From NCBI GenBank assembly GCA_045047305.1, contig JASFYO010000056.1:1-28177 (forward strand): DNA of 28,177 nucleotides. The letters are read 5' to 3'. Below the pieces are notes generated by a model. That model did not search any database, was not told the DNA's origin, and was given only the letters and a program-made list of their open reading frames with translations. Below are positions 9,640 to 18,389 of the stretch, in pieces. This DNA is from Planctomycetota bacterium. Its GTDB lineage: Bacteria; Planctomycetota; UBA1135. The position numbers were made by a program, and so were the translations under genes. How positions within the stretch are numbered: position 1 is the stretch's first letter; each line of letters opens with the position of its first letter.

Positions 9640-10305
9640 ATGCAGGTGAAGAATCAAGGGCCAGAAACCATCATCCTTTGCGATTACGGCCAAGTTTTGG
9701 CTGGATTCGACCGTGGATTGTGCGCAATTGAGTTTGAAAAGCGCTTAGGTCGCCCCATTCCGGCGGCGGGCGCGCGCTTATTGGAAGACCTACTCGCTCC
9801 CTTTGAAGCTGGCGGCATCAATGAAGAAGCCTTTCTTGGAGAGCTGCGCGGCCCCCTAGGCTTCAAGCATTCTCAAGAAGAGAGCGAGTTCCGCATGGCT
9901 TGGTGCTCAATTTTATGGCCGCTGGATGATACGGTTACGGTGATACGGGCTTGGAAGGCAAAGCCGGGGGTGGAAGTGCATATCGTCACCAATACAGACC
10001 CATGGCGTTATGCATACGCGTCTTCTCATTTAGGCTTGGGCGATTTATTCCAATCAAGTACCGCATCCTTTGAGCGACGAGTCGTCCCAAAAGGAAGATG
10101 CAGTTCAATGTGGAGAGAGGCGCGGAAGCGGGCGGAAGCGAAAACGGGGTGGCGCTCCCCCATGGTCATAGGAGTGGATGATTTAGCAGCGAACCTAAAT
10201 CCAGCGCTGGCCGATGGCACCCTGCACCACGGAATCGTGTTTCGTAATGCAGAGCAACTCAATGAGGACCTATGCTTATTGCACAGCCTGACTGATCGGC
10301 CCTAG
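9640..10305 (+). CDS. HAD-superfamily hydrolase (YihX-like)
   Basis: Motif I ILCDYGQVL (compare FDLGNV), motif II IVTNT, motif IV GVDDLAAN. Confidence 0.7.
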   Translation: MQVKNQGPETIILCDYGQVLAGFDRGLCAIEFEKRLGRPIPAAGARLLEDLLAPFEAGGINEEAFLGELRGPLGFKHSQEESEFRMAWCSILWPLDDTVTVIRAWKAKPGVEVHIVTNTDPWRYAYASSHLGLGDLFQSSTASFERRVVPKGRCSSMWREARKRAEAKTGWRSPMVIGVDDLAANLNPALADGTLHHGIVFRNAEQLNEDLCLLHSLTDRP

Positions 10306-11421
10306 ATAGGCGTTGTCATCCCAGTTGAGGTCATCAGGCCCGAGACGGATCACGATGAGGTCTTGGCTCGGCACTACATAAATGCGTTTCACAAAGGCAC
10401 CTGCGGCGTAGAAAGCATCTGCAGGAACATCTTGCATCGCCATGGCGCCCGTATTCAGCCACCATAAATATCCATAGAAAGGGTTTTCGGTTTGCGATGG
10501 ACGTGCCGACTGGTGAACCCATTGCTGAGGAATCACCTGCTGTCCATCCCACTCTCCACCACGCAAGTAAAGGTAACCGAATTTGGCAAACTCACGCGCA
10601 GAGGCAAATACCGAACGGTAAGTCAAGGTGTTACCGGAAAAATCCTTCATCCAAGTAGCATTATGCATACCGATCACCGAGAACAAACGTTGCCGCGCAT
10701 ATCGCTCAAGCTGCACCCCAGTGCGACGCTCAAAAACGGCCGACAATACTTGGCAAGCCGAGTTGTTGTAGACCCAAGTTGCGCCTGGGAAGTGGTCCAT
10801 ACTCAGGTCAATCGCAAATTGGCTCTGGTCAAAGGCTAACCCCAGCAACAAATAATCAGTGATGAAATCCCAATGTAAACCAGAGTTCATGTTCAACAGG
10901 TTGCGCAAACTGACCTCTTGATTCCAAGGACTATTCCACTCTTGAATATAATCCGAAGCCTTGGTGTCGATATCGGGGAAAATGCCGTCGGCAAGTGCAG
11001 CGCCGTACAGCGCACTGGAAACAGACTTGGCCATCGAGAAGCCATCCTCTTTTTCATTCTGATTCCATGTGGACGAATACCATTCAGCCACGATATATCC
11101 GTTGCGAATGACCAACATAGCATTGCTTCCATGCGCGGCTCCATATTGAAAAGCAGTGCGAATACCAGCTGGATCCATGCCCTGGGCCCGTGGCGTGGAG
11201 GTACTCCAATCATTCGTCGGCCACGGTGCCATGAGAGATGCACTTGGAGGCAGCGCCGATGGCGCGGCCAGACTCTGCCAGTTTTGCGGGACAGCCGCTG
11301 GCAATCGAATACCTAACTCGGTGGCCGCACGCACCACCTCTACACTTAGAGCTTGCACGTTTTGTGCATCCGCAGAATTGGATTGCGGAATCAGAAGAGC
11401 AAGGATGGCAAGACTTAGCAT
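10276..11421 (-). CDS. Secreted serine hydrolase, beta-lactamase class C/NylB-like family
   Basis: SxxK (FSMAKS), LLNMNSGL, YxN (WVYNN), YGYLWW; signal peptide. Start is ATG 11421 or GTG 11427. Confidence 0.88.
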   Translation of the reverse strand: MLSLAILALLIPQSNSADAQNVQALSVEVVRAATELGIRLPAAVPQNWQSLAAPSALPPSASLMAPWPTNDWSTSTPRAQGMDPAGIRTAFQYGAAHGSNAMLVIRNGYIVAEWYSSTWNQNEKEDGFSMAKSVSSALYGAALADGIFPDIDTKASDYIQEWNSPWNQEVSLRNLLNMNSGLHWDFITDYLLLGLAFDQSQFAIDLSMDHFPGATWVYNNSACQVLSAVFERRTGVQLERYARQRLFSVIGMHNATWMKDFSGNTLTYRSVFASAREFAKFGYLYLRGGEWDGQQVIPQQWVHQSARPSQTENPFYGYLWWLNTGAMAMQDVPADAFYAAGAFVKRIYVVPSQDLIVIRLGPDDLNWDDNAYLGPISQAVQ

Positions 11422-11465
11422 GGTCACGCCATCCTAGCAGAGATTTGCATACCTTCTATTTCCTT

Positions 11466-12872
11466 CTAGAACTGGAAGTAGATAAACGGAGGATGGTCCA
11501 CGCGACTAAAAGCAAAAGTCAATGCAAACAACACCCCATAAACGAAGGCAAAAAGCCAACTTGGCGTGTGTTGAAGAACATCCACCTTACGCAAGCGTTG
11601 AGCAACTTCGTGAGCCACAAGCAAAACAGCAAACAGATAAACCCAATCCGTATCGAGGCTTTCCGTTCCAGTGCTCTGGAACAGAACAAAGGCTTGCAGG
11701 CTGGTCCACGCGCTTTCAAAGTCCGGCGCACGGAATAAAATCCAACAAATGCAGACGAACCAAAAGGTAAACACCGTGGAGAGGATTCGCCGTAAGGCCG
11801 AGTCGGGAAGGCGTCCGCCAAGGCCTCGATGCCAAAGCCGATGGAAAGCCAAAGCGATTCCGTGAAGCCCGCCCCACAACACAAAGTTCCAAGAGGCACC
11901 GTGCCATAAGCCACCAAGCAACATGGTGATCATGAGATTACGGTAGGTTGCAAAACTGGAACCTCGGCTACCGCCCAGCGGAATGTAGAGGTAGTCACGA
12001 AGCCAGGTGGAAAGACTAATGTGCCAGCGGCGCCAGAAATCCTGGATATCGACAGCAAGATAAGGTGCGTTGAAATTCAAACAGAGTTGATAACCGAGCA
12101 TCGCGGCGCAGGCAATCGCCATGTCGGAGTAGCCTGAAAAATCGCAGTAAATCTGCACCGCATAGGCCGGAACCGCAATCCACGCAGCGCCAACAGCCCA
12201 GTTTCCGGGATCGGAAAAATAAGCGTCAACCATGGGCGCCAAGTTGTCCGAAATGACAGCCTTCTTGATAAATCCTGAGAGGAAAAGGAAGAGAGCCGGC
12301 TTGAAGGCAATCCGTGCAATTCTCCTTGGCGTCTTTAACTGAGGTAGGAAGTCGGAGGCGCGAACAATCGGGCCAGCGACCAACTGCGGAAAGAAGCCTA
12401 CGAACAAAGACAAGTCGAGTAAGGACCTCGTGGGCTGCAGGCGTCGATAATAGATATCGAGGGAATACGACATCGTTTGGAAGGTGTAAAAGGAAACACC
12501 GACAGGCAGAATAATCTGTAAGGTCCCGATGTGGGGTTCAAAACCTAGACTCGTCAACAAACCAGCTGCAGAGCTTAGGAAGAAGTCGCAATACTTAAAG
12601 AAACCGAGAATCCCAAGGTTGACAAAAAGCGATAAACGCAACCACCACTTGCGACTACGGTCATTGGAGGCATCATGAATCCGCATTCCAGCGACATAAT
12701 CCACCAAAGTGGAGCCCACGATTAAGCCAAGAAAGCGCCAATCCCACGCCGCATAAAACGCATAGCTGGTAAGAAGTAGCCAAGCTTTGCGCGCTTTCAC
12801 ACCGCGCAAACACCAGTGCACCACAAAGACTAGTGCAAAGAAAGCAAGAAAACGGAACTCAGTGAACAGCAT
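11466..12872 (-). CDS. MBOAT family O-acyltransferase (AlgI/PatA/DltB-like)
   Basis: LPVGVSFYTFQ, FFPQLVAGPIVRA, QIYCDFSGYSDMA, FWRRWHISLSTWLRDYLYIPLGG, GLWHGA (catalytic His), C-terminal FIYFQF. Confidence 0.95.
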   Translation of the reverse strand: MLFTEFRFLAFFALVFVVHWCLRGVKARKAWLLLTSYAFYAAWDWRFLGLIVGSTLVDYVAGMRIHDASNDRSRKWWLRLSLFVNLGILGFFKYCDFFLSSAAGLLTSLGFEPHIGTLQIILPVGVSFYTFQTMSYSLDIYYRRLQPTRSLLDLSLFVGFFPQLVAGPIVRASDFLPQLKTPRRIARIAFKPALFLFLSGFIKKAVISDNLAPMVDAYFSDPGNWAVGAAWIAVPAYAVQIYCDFSGYSDMAIACAAMLGYQLCLNFNAPYLAVDIQDFWRRWHISLSTWLRDYLYIPLGGSRGSSFATYRNLMITMLLGGLWHGASWNFVLWGGLHGIALAFHRLWHRGLGGRLPDSALRRILSTVFTFWFVCICWILFRAPDFESAWTSLQAFVLFQSTGTESLDTDWVYLFAVLLVAHEVAQRLRKVDVLQHTPSWLFAFVYGVLFALTFAFSRVDHPPFIYFQF

Positions 12873-12875
12873 GGT

Positions 12876-13910
12876 TTAGTTTTCCTCTTCCTGAATGAGA
12901 GTGACGAAGTCAAATGCAAAAGTCATGGTCATGCGCTCCGCTGCTTGACGGTTCAGATGGTACAAATCGAAGTGCGCTTCCACTCGATAGAGTTCCGGGT
13001 GAGCCTCGGAATCGTCGTAGGCAATGAAATGCTGAATGACTCCACTTGCCTTCATGTACCTCCAACCCATATAGCGCTGCAAGTTAGGGTGCATCCACCA
13101 AATCAACTCAACCTCGTGACTAGCAGCCAACGCTTCTAGCTCTTGGATTGCGGACAGCATTCCAGAGTCCGGCAAATTTCTTGGGCCAGGCCCCTGCATG
13201 GCTTTGGCGCCTGCAATCAACTTTTGCGGATTACGACGGAAATTCCTTCGCATGCCACGCTGTTTCTCCGAAGCTGTGGCGACCTCCAAAGGAAGGTAAC
13301 CATCACCATTTGCGCCCAGTGATGCAAAGTTGGCGAATGTCTCTAACGGCTCTTTACCCCAGCGCTGGACCAGCTCTACTCCACGAGCTAACTGCAAAGA
13401 ACGGCGCCACCAGTGTTCCAAATGGCGCTGCATCAATGCCCATCGATCTTGCCACGGTGCATCTTGCGCGTAAATTTCAGCTAATAGACGCCACGTGGTT
13501 GGGGAGTCGTGCCACTCAATGCGACGTAGACCGAAATCATTTTCATTCTGCATCTCCACGACATAAGGGAGCGCCTCCACGACAATCCATTTAAGGTTGG
13601 GAGCATCCTCCTTCAAAATTCGATGCAGCATGTAGTACTCTTCCCAAAACCCCATGCCGAGTGAAGCAAGATTGACCGAGCGTAAGCCCGATGGTTCATC
13701 CTGGCGTTGAGCATCGAAGAGAGCTGGATCAAACTGACGGAACACATGGCTGGATCCAAGAAAGATGACATCGATCTCGTCTTTCACGGTTTTATAAAAC
13801 TCAACCTTGATGCGCTCGCGCATGTTGGCTCGTAACCAAGCACCGACCATAGCGAACCCACCCACGAACAGAACGAGGTATAGACTTATGCGTAAAACAG
13901 TCCGAGGCAT
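12876..13910 (-). CDS. Membrane-anchored SGNH-like protein (MBOAT partner, DltD/AlgJ-like)
   Basis: N-terminal TM helix, VIFLGSSH (block I Ser), NLASLG, C-terminal DxxH (FDLYHLN). Adjacent to the MBOAT gene. Confidence 0.72.
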   Translation of the reverse strand: MPRTVLRISLYLVLFVGGFAMVGAWLRANMRERIKVEFYKTVKDEIDVIFLGSSHVFRQFDPALFDAQRQDEPSGLRSVNLASLGMGFWEEYYMLHRILKEDAPNLKWIVVEALPYVVEMQNENDFGLRRIEWHDSPTTWRLLAEIYAQDAPWQDRWALMQRHLEHWWRRSLQLARGVELVQRWGKEPLETFANFASLGANGDGYLPLEVATASEKQRGMRRNFRRNPQKLIAGAKAMQGPGPRNLPDSGMLSAIQELEALAASHEVELIWWMHPNLQRYMGWRYMKASGVIQHFIAYDDSEAHPELYRVEAHFDLYHLNRQAAERMTMTFAFDFVTLIQEEEN

Positions 13911-13913
13911 TTC

Positions 13914-14936
13914 CTAATCCTCACCTTCTGTAAAATCTAAGGCGGAGTCCAACGCTTGAAAGTCTTGCGCGAAGGCAGCGGTTAACTTCTTCGACCCCTT
14001 TTTCGTTAGGTGGAACAAATCAAAATGCCAGCCAACCTTGTAAAATTCAGGGAATCTCTCCGGGTCATCAAAAGCGATAAAGTGGTCAAGCACTCCATCT
14101 GTATCCATGCGATGCCAACCTGGGGTGCGTCCAAGATTGGGGTGCAACCACCAAACCACCTGGACTCCTTGCTGTGACGCCAGTTGTTGAATTCGGACCA
14201 CCGCCTCTACCAAGGCGGGGTCAGCCGCGCCTCCATCTCCTGCTTGGGGCAAGCGAGCACGTGCTGCAAAGAGCTTTTGCGGATTCGCCAAAAAGGATTC
14301 GCGATTGACGCGACCTTTTTCACCGACCTCGCTCACCACCAAAGGAAGAAATCCATCCCGGGCCGGGCCCAAATCCTTTTGATCGGCATAGGCTAACAAT
14401 CCTGGCTTCCTGAACGCGCGGATGGCATCCATTCCACGAGCTATATGCAAACTCCGACGCCACCAGTGCTGCAAGTGTCGCTGGACCTGATCCCAGCGAT
14501 CCGACCACGGTGCATCACCAAACCAAGCAGCCTTCACCGAAAATAAAGTTACCGAGGCATTGTGCCACTGCAGACGTCGCAAGCCAAAATCGTTTTCGAC
14601 TTGCATAGCGGCAGACCAAGGTAATCCTTCTAGCACCAACCAGTCCAATCTCTTCGGATGCATTGCCAGGATACGTTCTACCAAATACAGCTGCTCCCTT
14701 ACACCCATTCCGGAAGCGCCCATATTGAGCGAACGGCCTTCACCGCGGGCGGCATCAAAGGTGCTGGGATCAAACTGATGAAAAATGTGGCTAGAGCCGA
14801 GGAAGATGACGTCGACCTGGTCCTTTTGGGTTTTCAGCCATTCCAGTTTCTGGCTTTCCGGTAGCCAATGCCCTATGCCGGCATTTGCGAAAACAAAGCC
14901 GCAGACAAACAGAAGCAGAAAAAGAAGGATGCGCAC
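13914..14936 (-). CDS. Membrane-anchored SGNH-like protein, paralog of 12876..13910
   Basis: VIFLGSSH, ENDFGLRR, HWWRRSL and FDLFHL shared with the neighbour. Start placed at GTG 14936 (MRILLFLLLF), just after the DUF819 stop. Confidence 0.72.
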   Translation of the reverse strand: MRILLFLLLFVCGFVFANAGIGHWLPESQKLEWLKTQKDQVDVIFLGSSHIFHQFDPSTFDAARGEGRSLNMGASGMGVREQLYLVERILAMHPKRLDWLVLEGLPWSAAMQVENDFGLRRLQWHNASVTLFSVKAAWFGDAPWSDRWDQVQRHLQHWWRRSLHIARGMDAIRAFRKPGLLAYADQKDLGPARDGFLPLVVSEVGEKGRVNRESFLANPQKLFAARARLPQAGDGGAADPALVEAVVRIQQLASQQGVQVVWWLHPNLGRTPGWHRMDTDGVLDHFIAFDDPERFPEFYKVGWHFDLFHLTKKGSKKLTAAFAQDFQALDSALDFTEGED

Positions 14937-14950
14937 AACGAGAATGACTA

Positions 14951-16177
14951 TTAGCCAGCGACAAGTTCTAGCATCCAAGAGCATACGATGGCCGCAACCG
15001 TTCCGAGCAGATAACCAGCAATGGCGAGCAAGGCTCCGACCGGTGCCAATGCCGGATGAAATGCACTTGCTACCACTGGGGCTGAGGCGGCCCCACCAAT
15101 ATTTGCTTTGGACCCGACGGCAAGAAAAAAGATAGGGGCTTTGAGATAGCGGCGCAGGCCGAGCATCATCAAGGCATGAAGTAACATCCAAACGGCGCCA
15201 ACCACCACCAAGCCTAAGTTTTCTGGTTGCAGTACCTTCGAAAACTCGGCCTTCGCGCCAATCGTAGCGACAAGGAGATACAAGAAAACAGATCCGACTT
15301 TGCTCGCGCCTACGCCTTCGAGCTTACGCATCGGGGTAAAGGAGAGCAGAAGGCCAAACAGCGAAACCAATAAAACAATCCAGGTGAAGCCAGTGATGTA
15401 GTGGCCCAAGCCTGGCAGGTGTTCTCCAACCCAAATATCCAAATCTGCCCCCATGGCGCGCGCCAGGACTGTGCCGCCTAGGCCCAAAGCGCAAATCATG
15501 AGCAAGGAACCTAAGTCGGTTGGCTTAGAGACAGATGCCTCATAATCGGCCACTCGATTGCGCACTTCATCTAAGCTTGTGCGATCGGCTCCAATCGCGG
15601 CGTCGGCCTTTTTCTCGCGGCCAGCAAACCAAAGCAGGACAGCCATCCAAATATTGGCTACCGCAACATCGACCACGATGATGGCACCCATGATGTCGGC
15701 ATTGGCGCCGGCGTGCGCTTGTAAGGCAATCATATTGGCACCACCACCAATCCAGGATCCAGCTAGCGCCGACAATCCACGCCAAGCTTGATCCAAGTTT
15801 TCTTCTGGAATGAGCCCTTGACATAAAAAGAGAGCCATCGGTCCGGCAAGCACAATGGTGACCGTGGCGCCGAGGAACATCACCACTGCGTTACGCCCCA
15901 GCTTGATAATCCCTTTGATGTCTACGGATAAAGTCAACAACAATAAACTTGCGGGCAGCAAATAGGACTTCACAAAGTCATACAGCGAACTATCTAATGG
16001 AATCAATCCGGTGTTGGAAAAAAGTGTCGGCACAAAATATGCGAATACCAAAAGCGGCACTACGCGGAACATGGCACCGAATTTTGCGTGCGCATTCATC
16101 CAAAACAAAAGCGCAAGAAACCCAAGCAAAACAGCAAGGACCTGCATGGGGTCGGAAAGCAGAGCGGGTTCAGGCAT
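14951..16177 (-). CDS. DUF819 family multi-pass membrane protein
   Basis: About 10 hydrophobic helices. Motifs LLPASLLLL, ALAGSWIGGGANM, VGSKANIGGAASAPVVA. Confidence 0.88.
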   Translation of the reverse strand: MPEPALLSDPMQVLAVLLGFLALLFWMNAHAKFGAMFRVVPLLVFAYFVPTLFSNTGLIPLDSSLYDFVKSYLLPASLLLLTLSVDIKGIIKLGRNAVVMFLGATVTIVLAGPMALFLCQGLIPEENLDQAWRGLSALAGSWIGGGANMIALQAHAGANADIMGAIIVVDVAVANIWMAVLLWFAGREKKADAAIGADRTSLDEVRNRVADYEASVSKPTDLGSLLMICALGLGGTVLARAMGADLDIWVGEHLPGLGHYITGFTWIVLLVSLFGLLLSFTPMRKLEGVGASKVGSVFLYLLVATIGAKAEFSKVLQPENLGLVVVGAVWMLLHALMMLGLRRYLKAPIFFLAVGSKANIGGAASAPVVASAFHPALAPVGALLAIAGYLLGTVAAIVCSWMLELVAG

Positions 16178-16185
16178 TTTCGGTT

Positions 16186-17094
16186 CTACTCTTTAGGCTG
16201 CAGAAGATGATCCGCTTGTAGTCGCTGGGATGGCGACAAGAATCGCTTCCAGTCACCTTGTAAAGAAGCATTCACGCGGCATGCTTGGGCTTCGGATAAG
16301 TCCAACTTCTGCAATGGGGATTGCAGCAAGTAGTATTTCTGCTGCGCATCAAGGCGCATCGATTTAGCAGTGCGTAACTCTGCATGAGTCGAAAGCTGCG
16401 GGAGCGAGATGATTTCGGGGTCGTACCAAACTTGTACCACCTCATCCTTCCCCACCCAACCTTGACGGGTTTTCATGACACCGTCCACGAGGCCGAACTC
16501 GGCCTCACCTTCCCAGAATCATGACATGCCGAAGATGGCGCTTTCCACGCCACGCTTTTGCGCTAGTTCCTCGGAAGCGACTAACTGCAACCAAATGGGT
16601 ACTTCTAGCTTTGCCGCAGTGAGGCCATCCACCAGGGCAGATGCAAATGCGGCCGTAGTCCAATCCTTGGCCACGCGCGGGATGAGATTATCGCCGTTGG
16701 AGTCAACTACGCGAAGCACTTGGAAGTTCCAAGCGGGTTCTTCATAGCGCGCAAGAACCGCGGCATCGGCATCGCCTTCGGTATTGTTGTAGATGGCGAT
16801 TGGAACGAACAACTCTTCCGCTGCTTCTACCAGTAATGGGTGCGTCAAGACCTGGGCACCATAACTTTGACACCCCACTCAGCCCGGAACTTCCTGAAAA
16901 AGAAGAAGCACCGGTTTTGCGCTTTGCTTTGCCAGGACTAGCCCCTGCTCAAAATCGCGCCCCCACTTCACTTGACCCAATTCCACCGGTTGTTCCACAC
17001 GGCCCTTTAATGGGGACCATGCGGAATTTAAGGATTCGAGTTTCGACGTCTCTTGAGGCAAGAGCAGGACAGCCGTAAAAAGCAAACTCAGCAT
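16186..17094 (-). CDS. Probable two-selenocysteine protein: exported thioredoxin-like domain (VPG-U-x-x-C) fused to an MsrA-like domain (GMS-U-FW), 302 aa
   Basis: Track ORFs 16879..17094, 16519..16878 and 16186..16488 share one frame and are separated only by TGA at 16879-16881 and 16519-16521. Read-through gives LLLFQEVPG-U-VGCQSYG and AIFGMS-U-FWEGEAEFGLVDGVMKTRQGW..EVVQVWYDPEIIS..QKYYL. Confidence 0.88.
16489..16506 (-). promoter_or_regulatory. Candidate bacterial SECIS hairpin for the UGA at 16519-16521
   Basis: mRNA GAGGCCG-AGUU-CGGCCUC, a perfect 7-bp stem. The stem starts 12 nt after the UGA and the loop 19 nt after it. Confidence 0.7.
16854..16875 (-). promoter_or_regulatory. Candidate SECIS hairpin for the UGA at 16879-16881
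   Basis: mRNA GGGUGUCA-AAGUUA-UGGUGCCC, 8 bp including 3 G-U pairs, AGUU in the loop. A longer alternative fold pairs UGGGGUGUCAA with UUGACGCACCCA (16837..16877). Confidence 0.45.
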
Positions 17095-17103
17095 GCAGTC
17101 ATC

Positions 17104-17568
17104 TTAGTTCTGCGGAAAGTCCGGCAAAGGCGGCATTCCACTCGGACCAGCTTGCGCCGGCGCGCCACCTTGCTGCTGCGGAGCTTCCACGTGCTCCAAA
17201 ATGTGCCGTGGCCACTCCACTGGTGCACCATCCAAAATCAAGCGGAAGGTGTAAGTGCCGTATTCCTCGAAGGGCATCCCTGCAAGCCGGATGACAGCAC
17301 GCGCTTTGGCTTTACGGTCGGCAAGATTCACCGTAGGCAGCTTCATGTTCTGAGCTTTGCCGCTTGGCGCTTCAATCTGCAAGCCAACTTCGTAATCGCC
17401 GAGGCCATCGCTGAGGCCGAGGGCAACGCAAAGCATGGGAAGGCTGCCAGGAAGCTTCACCGAGGCAAGCGAATCGAAAAGTCCAATCATGCACAGCTTG
17501 CCAGCTTCGTCACGGAAGGCGTGGTCGCACACATGCAACCAGTCGAGGGTAGGGAGAGGTTTACTCAT
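17104..17568 (-). CDS. Conserved hypothetical protein (DUF6941-like)
   Basis: VCDHAFRDEAGKLCMIGLFD..P, F...GTYTF pattern; beta-rich, with a Pro/Gln-rich tail. Confidence 0.65.
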   Translation of the reverse strand: MSKPLPTLDWLHVCDHAFRDEAGKLCMIGLFDSLASVKLPGSLPMLCVALGLSDGLGDYEVGLQIEAPSGKAQNMKLPTVNLADRKAKARAVIRLAGMPFEEYGTYTFRLILDGAPVEWPRHILEHVEAPQQQGGAPAQAGPSGMPPLPDFPQN

Positions 17569-17571
17569 GAA

Positions 17572-18345
17572 TCAAGTTTCGCGGCGGTGGACTTTGCCAC
17601 AACTCGCTTGGTCGGAAGGCAATAAAAGAATCTCTGCGGCATTCACGTGTTTTGGTCGTGAAGCAACCCAAAGAACCGTTTCGGCAACATCTTTGCCGAA
17701 GAGTGGTGTCATGCCGATGTAAGTAGAATCAGCGCGCTCCGTATCGCCATGAAAACGTACGCTACTGAACTCCGTGTTTACCAAACCGGGATCGACCGTG
17801 CTGACACGAATGCCGGTGCCGTTTAGGTCAAGACGCATGCCTTTGGTGATGGCGTCGACCGCGTGTTTACTGGCGCAATAGACGGCGCCCCCAGGGTAGA
17901 CCTCGTGGCCAGCAATCGAGCCGATGTTGACCACCTGGCCTTCCCCCCGCGCAACCATCTTGGGAAGCAGGGTGCGGCTGATGTTCAGCAGTCCTTTGAC
18001 ATTAGTATCGAGCATTTCATCCCAATCCTGATAATTGCCTTCTTGCAGCGGTTCCAGTCCGCGCGAAAGACCGGCATTGTTGATCAGGATATCGATGTCT
18101 TGCCAGCCTGCTGGTAATGCAGCAAAGGCCTCTTCGACAGCACTGCGAACGCGTACATCGAGAGTGAAAACAAGGATCTCGGCGCTGTATTCTTCGCGTA
18201 AACGTCCGGCCAGCTCGCGTAAACGGTCTTCCCGCCGTGCGCAGAGCAAAAGTCTCGCCCCTGTAGCGGCAAAGGCCTCGGCGCAGGCTTCTCCGATGCC
18301 AGAACTGGCGCCGGTAACGAGGACGGTTTGTCGAGAGAAAGGCAT
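17572..18345 (-). CDS. SDR family NADP-dependent oxidoreductase (YdfG-like)
   Basis: TGASSGIG, ARR, NNAG, NIGS, YxxxK (YCASK), PGLVNTEFS. Start at ATG 18345; TTG 18372 is an alternative. Confidence 0.92.
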   Translation of the reverse strand: MPFSRQTVLVTGASSGIGEACAEAFAATGARLLLCARREDRLRELAGRLREEYSAEILVFTLDVRVRSAVEEAFAALPAGWQDIDILINNAGLSRGLEPLQEGNYQDWDEMLDTNVKGLLNISRTLLPKMVARGEGQVVNIGSIAGHEVYPGGAVYCASKHAVDAITKGMRLDLNGTGIRVSTVDPGLVNTEFSSVRFHGDTERADSTYIGMTPLFGKDVAETVLWVASRPKHVNAAEILLLPSDQASCGKVHRRET

Positions 18346-18389
18346 GGGATGTATGCGCAGAGCGCGCGGCAAGGATAACGTCGTCCTTG

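Noticed and set aside
14937..15191. N-terminal extension of ORF 13914..15191
   Set aside because: It overlaps the DUF819 C-terminus in another frame, and the paralog begins directly at the TM helix.
16186..17094. Pseudogene with nonsense mutations, or three separate small genes
   Set aside because: Both breaks are TGA at redox-Cys positions followed by hairpins, with no frameshifts or other stop types. Random decay is unlikely to produce this pattern.
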